Notes: generated from the sequence alone by a model not told the origin. A DNA stretch of 64,000 nucleotides from Alphaproteobacteria bacterium (GCA_965221125.1 CBDCRW010000006.1:576001-640000), one strand, 5' to 3'. Shown: positions 27,494 through 37,661, counted from the first letter of the stretch. Program-made: numbers and translations.

Positions 27494-28627
27494 ATGGCGC
27501 ATGAAGCAGGGAGCGCGGTAGCGGGCGGCGCGGTCGCCGACCTCGAGGTGCGCGGCATCGCCAAGCGCTTCGGCTCGGTGGTCGCCATCGAGCGTGTCGA
27601 CATCGACGTCCAGCGCGGCGAGTTCGTCGCCATCATGGGGCCGAGCGGCTGCGGCAAGACAACGCTGCTCCGCATCATCGCAGGGCTGGAGAGGGCGGAC
27701 GCAGGCACGCTGCTGCTGCGCGGCGACGACATCGGCGACGTGCCGGTGCACAAGCGCAGCACCCGGCTTATCTGGCAGGACTACTCGCTCTTCCCCTTCC
27801 TCAACGTCCGCAAGAACATCGAGTTCGGGCTGACGCTCAAGCGCCACGACAAGAAGGAGGTGCGGCGGAAGGTCGAAGCCGTGGCGGAGCAGGTTCACCT
27901 GACCCCTCTGCTCGCGCGCCGCATCGGCCAGTTGAGCGGCGGCGAGAAGCAGCGGGTCGCCATCGCCCGGGCGCTCGTCACCGAGCCGGAGATCCTGCTT
28001 CTCGACGAGCCGCTCAGCTCGCTCGACGCGCACCTGCGGATCAAGGTGCAGAGCGAGCTCACGGTGCTGCAGCGCGAGCTCGGAATCTCCTTCATCTACG
28101 TCACCCACAACCAGAGCGAAGCCTTCGCCATGGCGGACCGGGTGGTGGTCATGAACAAGGGCGTCGTCGAGCAGGTCGGTCGGCCGGCCGAGATCTACAA
28201 TCGGCCGGAAACCCACTTCGTCGCCGAGTTCGTGGGCGCGAACAACATTTTCGAGGGCCGGCTCTCGGAGGTGGCGGGCGGCGCGGTGGTCGTCGACTGC
28301 AGCCACGGCGCGGTCCGCATCGCCGGGCACGGGAGCGATCTAGAGCGGGGTGCTGCTGTCGAACTGGTGGTGCAGGCGGACAAGCTGCGCCGCCGCCAGG
28401 ACGGCGACGATGGCCGGAACACGATCCGGGCGGTCCTGAAGGGCCGCGAGTTCACCGGCTCGCAAGTGATCTACTACCTGGAGACCGCGCAGGGCGTCGA
28501 GGTCAAGATGGTCCTGCAGGAGCCCTTCACCGAGGGCGAAGGGACCGAGATCAACTCCGAGATGGAGCTTTGCTGGGCGCCCGAGGACACCGTCATCCTC
28601 GGGCACCGGGATGCGGACCAGCCGTGA
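27494..28627 (+). CDS. PotA-like ABC ATP-binding protein
   Basis: GPSGCGKTT, LSGGEKQRVAIARAL, LLLDEPL, YVTHNQSEA, and a TOBE-like C-terminus. Confidence 0.94.
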   Translation: MAHEAGSAVAGGAVADLEVRGIAKRFGSVVAIERVDIDVQRGEFVAIMGPSGCGKTTLLRIIAGLERADAGTLLLRGDDIGDVPVHKRSTRLIWQDYSLFPFLNVRKNIEFGLTLKRHDKKEVRRKVEAVAEQVHLTPLLARRIGQLSGGEKQRVAIARALVTEPEILLLDEPLSSLDAHLRIKVQSELTVLQRELGISFIYVTHNQSEAFAMADRVVVMNKGVVEQVGRPAEIYNRPETHFVAEFVGANNIFEGRLSEVAGGAVVVDCSHGAVRIAGHGSDLERGAAVELVVQADKLRRRQDGDDGRNTIRAVLKGREFTGSQVIYYLETAQGVEVKMVLQEPFTEGEGTEINSEMELCWAPEDTVILGHRDADQP

Positions 28628-28666
28628 GCCGGGCTCGCGCAGCGCCCCGCCGGTGACGAGGGCCCC

Positions 28667-29575
28667 GTGACCGACGGCAGCGTGATTCCCCCGTCCAACA
28701 GGAGCCCGCTCAAGCTCGCCTTCCTCGCGCCACCGGCCGGCTACTACGCGATCTTCTTCATCGCGCCCCTGGCCTTCCTCGTCGTTCTCGGCTTCTGGAT
28801 CGTGCGCGACTACCAGATCGTCGCCGAGTTCTCGGTCGGCAACTACGTCGACATCTTCTCCCAGTTCTTCAGCCGCTCGCGCTTCGGCTGGGCGCTGATC
28901 CAGTCGGTCTACATCGCGGTGACCACCAGCGTGTTCGCCGTGATCTTCTGCTACTTCCTGGCGATGGGGATCGTCTTCTGCGTGCCTGAGCGCTATCAGC
29001 GGCTCTTCCTCGTGCTCGCGATCCTGCCGTTCTGGAGCAGCTACATCCTGCGGCTTTTCGCCTGGCAGCTGATCCTGGCGCAGAAGGGGGTGCTCAACTA
29101 CGTCCTCGGCGGGCTCGGCCTCGACGATCCCCTGATCATCACGAACACGCAGATCGGCACGCGCATCGGCCTGATCCACTACCTCTCGCCGATCCTGATC
29201 ATCATCCTCTACATCACGCTCATCAACGTGAACCGGAACCTGATCGAGGCGGCGCGCGAGCTGGGCGCCACGCGCCTGCAGGCGTTCTGGCGCGTCATCG
29301 TGCCGCTCAGCCGGCTCGGACTGACGTTCGCCTTCGGCTTCGGCGTGATCGTGAGCTTCGGCGACGTGCTTTCCGGCCTGCTCGTCGGCGGCGGGATCGG
29401 GCAGTCCTTCCTCGGCTCGTATCCGCTCTACTCCAACATGATCATGGCCGACTACAACAGCTACACCAACCTGCCCCGCACGGCCGCGCTAGCGACGGTC
29501 ATGGTCGTCATCATGGTGGTGATGCTGGTGGTCGCCTACCGCATGGCCGACCACGCCAGAGAGCGGCTGGCCTGA
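28667..29575 (+). CDS. PotB-like ABC permease
   Basis: Multi-TM; LPFWSSYILR and EAA loop LIEAARELGA. Confidence 0.92.
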   Translation: MTDGSVIPPSNRSPLKLAFLAPPAGYYAIFFIAPLAFLVVLGFWIVRDYQIVAEFSVGNYVDIFSQFFSRSRFGWALIQSVYIAVTTSVFAVIFCYFLAMGIVFCVPERYQRLFLVLAILPFWSSYILRLFAWQLILAQKGVLNYVLGGLGLDDPLIITNTQIGTRIGLIHYLSPILIIILYITLINVNRNLIEAARELGATRLQAFWRVIVPLSRLGLTFAFGFGVIVSFGDVLSGLLVGGGIGQSFLGSYPLYSNMIMADYNSYTNLPRTAALATVMVVIMVVMLVVAYRMADHARERLA

Positions 29576-29577
29576 CG

Positions 29578-30396
29578 ATGGGCCGGTTCAACCTCTACGT
29601 CCGCGACAACGGCTACCGCATCGCAGGGCGGGTCTACCTCTTTCTCGGCTTCATCTTCCTGCTGCTGCCGATCGCCTTCCTGATCCTCTTCTCGTTCCAG
29701 AAGAACGTCTATTCTTCGCTCCCGCTCCAGGGCTGGTCCATGCAGTGGTACGACAAGCTGGTCGACGACGGCGTCCTCTTCGATGCGCTGCTGAACAGCC
29801 TCTACGTCTCGCCCATCGCGGCGACGGCGGCCTCGATCATCGGCTTCCTCGCGGCCTATGCGATCAACCGCTTCGTCTTTCCCGGCCGCCTGCTGATGGC
29901 GACGATCCTGATCCTGCCGATCCTGATACCGCCGCTGATCCTGGGCGTCTCGCTGCTGGGCCTGCTGTCGCGCCTCGGGCTGCACGGCCAGCTCTACAGC
30001 ATCATCATCGCGCACACGCTGCTGCTGACCGCGCCCGCCATGGCGATCATCCAGCTTCGCCTCGCCCAGATGCCGCCCGCGCTGGAGGAGGCCGCCTGGG
30101 ACCTCGGCGCGAACGAGCTTCAGACCGTCTGGCGCGTGGTGCTGCCCTGGGCGCTGCCCGGCATCGCCGGCGGCTGGCTGCTGGCGTTCACCTTCTCGTT
30201 CGACGAGTTCATCATCGCCTGGTTCGTCTCGGGCTTCGACCAGACGCTGCCGGTCGCCGTCTACAACGTGATGATCGCCTCGCACGACCCCTCGCTGAAC
30301 GCGATCGGGACGATCGTGTTCGGCCTGCTGCTGCTGGCCCTGCTCGGGGCCGAGCTGCTGATCATTCCGCTCTTCATGAGGCGCCGCACCGCCTGA
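29578..30396 (+). CDS. PotC-like ABC permease
   Basis: Multi-TM; LEEAAWDLGA, LAFTFSFDEF, QTLPV. Confidence 0.92.
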   Translation: MGRFNLYVRDNGYRIAGRVYLFLGFIFLLLPIAFLILFSFQKNVYSSLPLQGWSMQWYDKLVDDGVLFDALLNSLYVSPIAATAASIIGFLAAYAINRFVFPGRLLMATILILPILIPPLILGVSLLGLLSRLGLHGQLYSIIIAHTLLLTAPAMAIIQLRLAQMPPALEEAAWDLGANELQTVWRVVLPWALPGIAGGWLLAFTFSFDEFIIAWFVSGFDQTLPVAVYNVMIASHDPSLNAIGTIVFGLLLLALLGAELLIIPLFMRRRTA

Positions 30397-30426
30397 GCGC
30401 GCCGCGGGCCAGGGAAGGAACGTGCC

Positions 30427-30942
30427 ATGGACAAGACGGACTACATGCAGCGCGCCATCGACCTCGCGCGCGAGAAGATGAACGAGGGCACCGGCTACTG
30501 GCCGTACGGCTGCGTCATCGTCAAGGACGGCGAGATCGTGGGCGAGGGCTGCAACGACATGGGTTTCTCGCTGGATCCCACGGGCCACGGCGAGATCGTG
30601 GCTCTCCGCGACGCCTGCAAGCGGCTCGGCACCATGGACCTCACCGGCTGCGAGCTCTACACCAGTTGCGAGCCCTGTTCGCTCTGCTCCAGCGCGATCT
30701 GGCTGACGAACATCGCCAAGGTCTATTACGGCGCCTCGCTGGAGGATTGCCGCGGACACGGCTCGGACTTCGACCCGCTGCGCCGCGACGTCGCCAAGCC
30801 GATCCACGAGCGGAGCATCCCGGCCGAGCGCGTCCTCGGCGAGCAGGGGAGCGCCCTGCTGGCGGAGTGGGCTGAAATGATCAGGACCGATCCGGCGATG
30901 CAGGAGCAGCGCAGCCGGGCCGCCCCCATCGGCGAGCGCTAG
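30427..30942 (+). CDS. Nucleoside/nucleobase deaminase (cytidine-deaminase fold, GuaD-like)
   Basis: PYGCVIVKDGEI, DPTGHGEIVALR, LYTSCEPCSLC (HxE...PCxxC Zn motif). Confidence 0.9.
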   Translation: MDKTDYMQRAIDLAREKMNEGTGYWPYGCVIVKDGEIVGEGCNDMGFSLDPTGHGEIVALRDACKRLGTMDLTGCELYTSCEPCSLCSSAIWLTNIAKVYYGASLEDCRGHGSDFDPLRRDVAKPIHERSIPAERVLGEQGSALLAEWAEMIRTDPAMQEQRSRAAPIGER

Positions 30943-30986
30943 GCGGGGTCGGGCGGGCGTCGCGGACGAGCGGCCGGAGGGCGATC

Positions 30987-31400
30987 ATGAGCCTCGATGC
31001 CTTGCGCAATCTGACCGACATCGGCCTCTTCGTCTCGGACCTGGAGCGCGCTATTGCGTTCTACGGCGAGACGATGGGCTTCGCGCTCAAGCGCCGCGAC
31101 ATCGGCTTCGCCGAGTTCTACACCAACGGCGTGGGCCTCGCGCTCTGGGAGGTCTCGGACGTGACGCAGGCGCTCGAACTGGAGAAGACGCCGCGGCAGG
31201 GTCTATCCGTCATGGTGGCGGTTCGCGTGGAGACGGCGGACGCCGTGGACGCGCTCCACGACGCGCTGGCGGCCAAGGGCGTGACCATCGTCCAGGCGCC
31301 GACCACCCACGCCTGGAACGCACGCACCACCTACTTCAGCGACCCGGACGGCAACCTCTGGGAGATCTACGCCTGGGTCGACGCCCCGCGAACGGTCTGA
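30987..31400 (+). CDS. VOC/glyoxalase family protein
   Basis: LFVSDLERAIAFY...WNARTTYFSDPDGNLWEI. Confidence 0.9.
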   Translation: MSLDALRNLTDIGLFVSDLERAIAFYGETMGFALKRRDIGFAEFYTNGVGLALWEVSDVTQALELEKTPRQGLSVMVAVRVETADAVDALHDALAAKGVTIVQAPTTHAWNARTTYFSDPDGNLWEIYAWVDAPRTV

Positions 31401-31494
31401 GCGTGGTCAGGCGCGCCGATTGGCCGCCGGTGGCCGCGGCCCTATAGTCCCGCCGCCGCCGCGCACGCGGCAGACGTTCCGGGAGGAGGTGCGG

Positions 31495-32493
31495 ATGGGG
31501 TCGCTGGATGTCGTCGGGATCGGCAACGCAATCGTGGACGTGGTGGCCGAAGCCGACGACGCACTGCTCGCCGAAGAAGGCATGCCCAAGGGCTCGATGA
31601 CCCTGGTCGACGCCGCGCGCGCCGACACGCTCCGCGCCCGCATGGGGCCTGCGGTCGAGGTCTCCGGCGGCTCGGCGGCCAACACCATGGTGGGCGTGGC
31701 AAGGCTCGGCGGCGCGGCCGGCTACGTCGGCAAGGTGCGGGACGACGCGGCGGGCGGGGTGTTCCGCCGCGACATCCAGGAGGCGGGCGTCGCCTTCGCG
31801 ACGCCGGCGGCGGATGGCGCCGCGACCGCTCGCTGCCTGATCTTCGTCACCCCCGATGCCCAGCGCACGATGGGCACTCATCTCGGCGCCTGCGTCGAGC
31901 TCGGCCCCGCCGACATCGATCCGGATTTCATCGCGCGCGCCCGGCTGCTCTACATGGAGGGCTATCTCTGGGATCCGCCGGCGGCCAAGGAGGCCTTCCG
32001 CAAGGCGCTCGGGATCACGCGACAGGCCGGCGGGCGTGTCTGCCTCTCGCTTTCCGACAGCTTCTGCGTGGAGCGCCACCGGGTTGAGCTTCGCACGCTG
32101 GTAGCGAACCACATCGACGTGCTGTTTGCGAACGAAGGCGAGGCGATGGCGCTCTACGAGGTGAGGGACTTCGACGCGGCACTCGCGGCCGCCCGCGCGG
32201 ACTGCGCCGTCGCCGCGTTGACCCGCAGCGCCAAGGGCTCGGTGGTCGCGGGCGAGGGCGCGGTCCATGCAATCGAGGCGGCGCCCATCGAGCGGCTGGT
32301 GGATACCACCGGGGCGGGCGATCTCTACGCTGCGGGCTTTCTCTTAGGGCTGGCGCGGGGCTTCGACCTCGCCCGCTGCGGCCGGCTCGCCTCGCTCACG
32401 GCCGGCGAGATCCTGGGCCACTACGGCGCCCGGCCGGAGGCGGACATCGCCCCCTTCGTGGATGCAAGCCGGAACTCTCAGGGCAGCGCCTAA
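31495..32493 (+). CDS. Adenosine kinase-like PfkB carbohydrate kinase
   Basis: DVVGIGNAIVD, SGGSAANT, YMEGYLWD, FANEGE, VDTTGAGDLYAAGFL. Confidence 0.9.
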   Translation: MGSLDVVGIGNAIVDVVAEADDALLAEEGMPKGSMTLVDAARADTLRARMGPAVEVSGGSAANTMVGVARLGGAAGYVGKVRDDAAGGVFRRDIQEAGVAFATPAADGAATARCLIFVTPDAQRTMGTHLGACVELGPADIDPDFIARARLLYMEGYLWDPPAAKEAFRKALGITRQAGGRVCLSLSDSFCVERHRVELRTLVANHIDVLFANEGEAMALYEVRDFDAALAAARADCAVAALTRSAKGSVVAGEGAVHAIEAAPIERLVDTTGAGDLYAAGFLLGLARGFDLARCGRLASLTAGEILGHYGARPEADIAPFVDASRNSQGSA

Positions 32494-33566
32494 TCAACCT
32501 TGGGCAGCACCTCGTTCTTGAGCAGCGCCATAGACTGGTGCCAGGCCTCGTAGGGCTCCCAGTCGTGGCCCATGGCGAGCAGGGTCCCGAAGGGGCCGAG
32601 TTCGCCTCGCAGATCGTTCAGCTTCTGCGCGACCTCGTCGACGGAGCCCACGATGAAGACGTTGTCCACGAGGTAGTCCATGGTCACGTCGCTGTCGGCC
32701 ATGTCCTGGTCGTTCTTCAGCAGCCGCAGCATGCCGACCTTGGGCAGGAGCCTGAAGAAGTAGTCGCGGAAATCGCGGGCGAGGATCCCGCCCGCGATCT
32801 TGCGGGCCTCGGCGCCGGTTTCCGCCACCACGACCTCGCGGGCGACACGCCAGACGCTGGGGTCGGGGGCGCGACCCGCCTCCTGCGCGCCTTCCTCGAT
32901 GGCGTCCCAGTGGGTCTTGAGCAGCACCGGCGGCACGAGGTTGATGGACATGGGCATCCAGCCCTTGGCGGCGGCCATCTTCAGCGTGGACGAGCGGGGC
33001 GAGACGCCGGCGACGCCGATGGGCGGGTGCGGCTTCTGGTAGGGGCGAACGTGCGCCCGGAGCCCGATGTCGGTCTCGGTCTCGGGCACGGTGAAGCGGA
33101 AGCCGTCGCTCTCGTAGACGCCGGGCTCGGGATCGGTCCAGAGCTTCAGGATGGTGTCGAGCGCAGCCCGCGTGTAGCTCTGGTTGTCGATGGCGGGGTC
33201 GTCGCCCCAGTAGCCGAAGACCCGCATGTCGCCGGGGAAGCTGCCTGTGCCGACGCCCCAGTTGAAGCGGCCCTCCGCCATGTGGTCCAGCTGCGCGATG
33301 CGGTGGGCGAGGACGAAGGGATCGTGGTTCGGGATGCAGCTCACCCCCGTGCCCAGCCTGATCTGCTTCGTCAGCGGCAGCGCCTGCGCGATGAGCAGGT
33401 CCGGCGCGGGGATGTTCTCCCACTCCGACGTGAAGTGCTCGCCGATCCAGACCTCGGAATAGCCGAGCGCGTCGAGCTTGACGATCTGATCCAGGTCCGC
33501 CTTGAGCGTCTCGGTGAAGTTCGCGCCCGGCGGGTGCAGCGGCATGGTGAACAGGCCGAGTTGCAT
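32490..33566 (-). CDS. LLM-class (luciferase-like) flavin-dependent oxidoreductase
   Basis: GLFTMPLHP, LGYSEVWIGEHF, IRLGTGV, LDHMAEGRFNWGVG, IVGSVDEV. Confidence 0.92.
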   Translation of the reverse strand: MQLGLFTMPLHPPGANFTETLKADLDQIVKLDALGYSEVWIGEHFTSEWENIPAPDLLIAQALPLTKQIRLGTGVSCIPNHDPFVLAHRIAQLDHMAEGRFNWGVGTGSFPGDMRVFGYWGDDPAIDNQSYTRAALDTILKLWTDPEPGVYESDGFRFTVPETETDIGLRAHVRPYQKPHPPIGVAGVSPRSSTLKMAAAKGWMPMSINLVPPVLLKTHWDAIEEGAQEAGRAPDPSVWRVAREVVVAETGAEARKIAGGILARDFRDYFFRLLPKVGMLRLLKNDQDMADSDVTMDYLVDNVFIVGSVDEVAQKLNDLRGELGPFGTLLAMGHDWEPYEAWHQSMALLKNEVLPKVD

Positions 33567-33653
33567 GGAACCGTCTCCAGCGGTGTTCGTCCACGTGAGC
33601 GCCCACAATACCGGGGGCGCCCGGCCCTCGCGAATCTGGGCGGGGGCGTCCCT

Positions 33654-34526
33654 TCAACTCGGAGGCGGCGCGGCTGCCTTGGCCTCGATGGTGTCGCGCG
33701 CGACCTTGGCCTCGCGGTAGGCGAGATAAAGCGTGCTCGCGAAGATGACCACGCCGCCGACCCAGACGTAGAGCACCGGGACCTCGTTGAACAGCAGGTA
33801 GCCGTAGAGCGACGACCAGATCAGGCGCAGGAAATCGACCGGGAGCACCACCGTGGTGTCGGCCTCGCGAAAGGCTTGGGCGAGGCAGAGATGGCCGAGC
33901 GTGCCGACGCTCCCCATCAGCGCGAACCAGCCGAGGTCTTCCAGAGACGGCCATTGCCAGACGAAGGCCGCCGCGATCGACGAAAGCGGCGTGAGGAAGA
34001 CCGCCATGTAGGCCGTCATCGTCAGGCTGGATTCCGTGCGCGACAGCACCTTGAGCAGGATCAGCGCGGCGGCCCAGACAGCCGATGAGCCGAGGACCAG
34101 CAGCGAGCCGGGGTCGAGCGCCGCCATGCCGGGGCGGATGATCACCAGCGCGCCCGCGAAGCCCAGGATCAGCGCCGCGATGCGCCGGATGCGCACCACT
34201 TCGCCCAGCAGCAGAACCGCGCCCACGGTGACGAACAGCGGCGCCGTGAAGCTCAGCGCGGCGATGGTGCCGAGCGGCGTGATCGGCACCGCGGAGAAGA
34301 ACATCAGCATGGCGGAGACGTGGACCGCGCCGCGCACGGCGTGGAGCGGCAGCTTGCGCGTGCGCAAGGCGCCGAAGCCGTGGCGCAGCAGGAACGGCGC
34401 GATGAAGACGAGGCCGAAGAAGTTGCGGAAGAACGCGACTTCGAAGGGGTGCTGCTCGCTCGATGCGATGCGGATCACGGCGTGCATCGTGGCGAAGGTG
34501 ACGGTCGCCACGAGCAGCAGGAGCAT
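33654..34526 (-). CDS. DMT/EamA family transporter
   Basis: Ten hydrophobic segments; EVAFFRN, FTAPLF..LLGE, IIRPG. The frame stays open upstream, so the start may be somewhat earlier. Confidence 0.9.
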   Translation of the reverse strand: MLLLLVATVTFATMHAVIRIASSEQHPFEVAFFRNFFGLVFIAPFLLRHGFGALRTRKLPLHAVRGAVHVSAMLMFFSAVPITPLGTIAALSFTAPLFVTVGAVLLLGEVVRIRRIAALILGFAGALVIIRPGMAALDPGSLLVLGSSAVWAAALILLKVLSRTESSLTMTAYMAVFLTPLSSIAAAFVWQWPSLEDLGWFALMGSVGTLGHLCLAQAFREADTTVVLPVDFLRLIWSSLYGYLLFNEVPVLYVWVGGVVIFASTLYLAYREAKVARDTIEAKAAAPPPS

Positions 34527-34602
34527 GCCGCGCGCAGGCGGCGGCAGGGCTTGATAGGCGGCGAGAAGCGGCGCGAGCAGTCTGGCCCAGCGCGGGAGGC
34601 CG

Positions 34603-34998
34603 TTAGGGACGCGGCTTCTCCTCGGTGGGGCCGCCGACCTCCTTCCAGGCGCCGAAGCCGCCCGCGATGTGGGCGACGGGGCTAAGTCCCATGTTTTGCG
34701 CTGACTGGGTCGCCAGCGCCGAGCGCATGCCGCCCGCGCAGAAGAAGACGAACTTCTTGCCGCTCGCGAAGAAGGGCTTGTGATAGGGGCTCTCGGGGTC
34801 GATCCAGAACTCGATCATGCCCCGCGGCACGTGGCGCGCGCCGGGGACGGCGCCTTCGCGCCAGAGCTCCCGGATGTCGCGGATGTCGACGAGCTCGACG
34901 TTCGCGTCGTCCAGCAGCGCGATGGCGTCCTCGGCCGCAAGCGTCTCGATCTCGGCCTCGGCGTCCGTCACCAGCTCCTTGATGCCCTTGGTGATCAT
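34603..34998 (-). CDS. Rhodanese-like domain protein
   Basis: VDIRDIREL..EG.VPGA.HVPRGMIEFWIDPESPY, FFCAGGMRSALA, HIAGGFGAW. Confidence 0.92.
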   Translation of the reverse strand: MITKGIKELVTDAEAEIETLAAEDAIALLDDANVELVDIRDIRELWREGAVPGARHVPRGMIEFWIDPESPYHKPFFASGKKFVFFCAGGMRSALATQSAQNMGLSPVAHIAGGFGAWKEVGGPTEEKPRP

Positions 34999-35069
34999 GC
35001 TCGTCTCCCTGCGCCTGTCCGGGCGGCGGGATGATGGCCGATGCCGGGCGCGGACGCCAGCGGCCCGCG

Positions 35070-36032
35070 TCAGCCTTCGTCGGATGACGGTGGCGGCGTC
35101 TCCAGCGCGGCCAGCAGGGCGAGCAGCCGCGCGTCCCGCTCGACCGCGAGCGCCGGGATCGACTGTCCGCCCAGCATGGCGTCCACGGCGCTGCCGATGG
35201 TCTCGACCGCGTCCACGTCGAGGCGGGGCGGGCCGGAACTGGCGGACCAGTCCTGCAGGCCCGGCCCGAAATGGCGGAGCGCCCCGCGCATGCCGCCCTC
35301 GCCGCCGGCGAGATGCATGGTGAGGAACGGCCCCATGAAGGCCCAGCGGAGGCCGGGCCCGTGGGAGACCGCCGTGTCGATGTCGGCGGCGCTCGCCGTG
35401 CCGGAGAGCAGCAGGCGGAAGGCTTCGCACAGGAGCGCGGCCTGCAGGCGGTTGGCGATATGGCCGGGGACCTCGCGCTCCACCCTGATCGCGCGCTTGC
35501 CGTGGGCGTTGTAGAAGGCGAGCGCCCAGTCCACCACGTCGGGATCGGTAGCGCGCCCGCCCACCACCTCGACCAGGGGGACAAGATGGGGCGGGTTGAA
35601 GGGGTGGCCCACGACGAAGCGCGCGCCGCTCTGGAAACCTTCCTGAAGCTCGCTGATGAGGAGCCCCGACGAGCTCGACGACAGGATGGCGTCGGCCGTG
35701 AGCGCCGAATCGATTCGGCCGTAGAGTTCGCGCTTGAGCGCCACGTCCTCCGGCGCGTTCTCCTGAACGAAGATCGCGCCTTCGACGGCAGCCTCCGGCG
35801 CACCCACCACGCGGACCCGTGCGGGATCGGCGCCGGGCTCAAGGCCGAGGCGCTCCATCGCAGGCCACGCCGCGTCGATGAAGGCCCGGAGGCGGCCGGC
35901 GGCGTCGGGTGCAGGGTCCCACGCCGTGACCGAGAAGCCGCGCGCCAGAAAGTAGGTCGCCCAGCTCGCGCCGATCGTCCCGGTGCCGAGCAGCGCAATA
36001 TCGCCGACCGTTTCAGGTGCGGGCCGTGCCAT
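35070..36032 (-). CDS. 3-hydroxyacyl-CoA dehydrogenase NAD-binding family (L-carnitine dehydrogenase-like)
   Basis: [62 protein letters not shown]. Confidence 0.88.
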   Translation of the reverse strand: MARPAPETVGDIALLGTGTIGASWATYFLARGFSVTAWDPAPDAAGRLRAFIDAAWPAMERLGLEPGADPARVRVVGAPEAAVEGAIFVQENAPEDVALKRELYGRIDSALTADAILSSSSSGLLISELQEGFQSGARFVVGHPFNPPHLVPLVEVVGGRATDPDVVDWALAFYNAHGKRAIRVEREVPGHIANRLQAALLCEAFRLLLSGTASAADIDTAVSHGPGLRWAFMGPFLTMHLAGGEGGMRGALRHFGPGLQDWSASSGPPRLDVDAVETIGSAVDAMLGGQSIPALAVERDARLLALLAALETPPPSSDEG

Positions 36033-36168
36033 GGGGTGCCTCCTTCGCTCGCCGGTGGGTCGATGGTCAGGGGCGGCGCTGTCGAATTTGCCGCCCGGCG
36101 GTATATATACCGGGACCAACCCGCAATCGAGGGACCGGGCCGGACCGGCGTGTTGGTGTAAGGAGAGC

Positions 36169-36591
36169 ATGATGGCGGACAAGGTGGTGAAGACGGACGC
36201 GGAGTGGCGCGCGGCGCTGACCGAGGAGCAGTACTACGTGACCCGGCAGGGGGGCACCGAGCGGCCCTTCACGGGCGCCTACTGCAGCGAGAAGAGGCCG
36301 GGTGCGTACGTCTGCGTCTGCTGCGGCGCTCCCCTCTTCGATTCCGCCGACAAGTTCGAGTCAGGCACCGGATGGCCGAGCTTCACGAAGCCGGTCGATC
36401 AGGCCAACGTCGGCACGCTGGAGGACAACAGCTACGGCATGCGCCGGGTGGAGGTCGTCTGCAGCCGCTGCGACGCCCACCTCGGCCACGTCTTCCCGGA
36501 CGGGCCGGCGCCCACGGGGCTGCGCTACTGCATGAACTCCGCCTCGCTCGTGCTCACGCCGAGCGACGAAGGCGGATCGGAGGACTCCTAG
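36169..36591 (+). CDS. msrB: Peptide-methionine (R)-S-oxide reductase
   Basis: [54 protein letters not shown]. Confidence 0.97.
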   Translation: MMADKVVKTDAEWRAALTEEQYYVTRQGGTERPFTGAYCSEKRPGAYVCVCCGAPLFDSADKFESGTGWPSFTKPVDQANVGTLEDNSYGMRRVEVVCSRCDAHLGHVFPDGPAPTGLRYCMNSASLVLTPSDEGGSEDS

Positions 36592-36639
36592 CCGGCAACT
36601 CTCGCCACGATTGCGGCGGCGGGGACGTGAAGGCGGGTG

Positions 36640-37566
36640 CTATTCCTCTTTCGAGGAGGCCACTTCGCGGACGATATCCCGAAAGATCCCGAACGGAGAC
36701 AGGTCATCGGCGGAGCGCCGCGAGACCATCCCGGCGCGGTAGCGGAGCGAGCCGAACGCCACCGGCAAGGGCTTCAACGGGTCTCCGGGTATCCTGTCGA
36801 GGAAGGTGAGCGAGAGCCACGACAGGTAGGGGCCGACCCGCATCAGGGACAGGCCGCCGGAGCCCGCGCGCGTGACGGTCTTCACCCGCCTGCCGGTGCG
36901 GTCGTAGAGCTGGTCGAGAACCCCGGTCAACGCGGGCCGCCCGTTCGCGGCGTCCGATCGCAAGGGTGCGTCGAAGTCGATCCACGGGTAGTCGGCGAGC
37001 ACCTCTTCGCCCGCAATGCCCGAATGCAGCGGATGGCTCCTGTGGGCGACGATCCCCCACGTCATGTCGAGAAAGCGTTCGCTCCTCAGGAACTGCGGCA
37101 GGGGTTCGTTGCTGTTGATGCCGCCGCAGTGGAGGTCGCTGTCGCCGTTCGCCAGGAGGCGGATCCCCTCCGACAGGGGCGTGGTCTTCAGCTTGACCTC
37201 CACCCCGGGGCAGGTCTCGTGAAACCTGGCGATGATCTCGGGCAGGACGGCTCCCATCCACACGGGACCGGCGGTGACCCGCAGGCTGCCGGTGCGGCCG
37301 GAGAGCGTGGCGTTGATCTTCTCCTCGGCGACCTCGATCTCGTAGAGGATGTGGCGCGCCAGATCCGCGACCACGGCGCCGAGCGGCGTGAGCCGGACGC
37401 CCGTGGACATGCGGTCGAAGAGCCGGCCGCCGAACTGGCGCTCGAGCCGCGCGACCACCCGCGAGAGCGCTGGCTGCGTGATGCCGAGCTTGTCGGCTGC
37501 GGAGAGAATGGCGCCGGTCTCCGCGACGGCCAGGAATTTGGTCAGGTCCTTGCGTTTCTCAAACAT
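36640..37566 (-). CDS. LysR-family transcriptional regulator
   Basis: FLAVAETGAILSAADKLGITQPALSRVVARLERQFGGRLFDR HTH. Confidence 0.93.
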   Translation of the reverse strand: MFEKRKDLTKFLAVAETGAILSAADKLGITQPALSRVVARLERQFGGRLFDRMSTGVRLTPLGAVVADLARHILYEIEVAEEKINATLSGRTGSLRVTAGPVWMGAVLPEIIARFHETCPGVEVKLKTTPLSEGIRLLANGDSDLHCGGINSNEPLPQFLRSERFLDMTWGIVAHRSHPLHSGIAGEEVLADYPWIDFDAPLRSDAANGRPALTGVLDQLYDRTGRRVKTVTRAGSGGLSLMRVGPYLSWLSLTFLDRIPGDPLKPLPVAFGSLRYRAGMVSRRSADDLSPFGIFRDIVREVASSKEE

Positions 37567-37661
37567 CTTGTGTCCACATCCTTCGGGGATTAACTCGATG
37601 TCCCTCACGCATGGATGTGGCAAGCAAATCGAATATCGTCTAACATAGAATTCTGATTTCG

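Noticed and set aside
26229-30396. Assigning potABCD symbols
   Set aside because: Fold-level similarity only; the context argues against a confident polyamine assignment.
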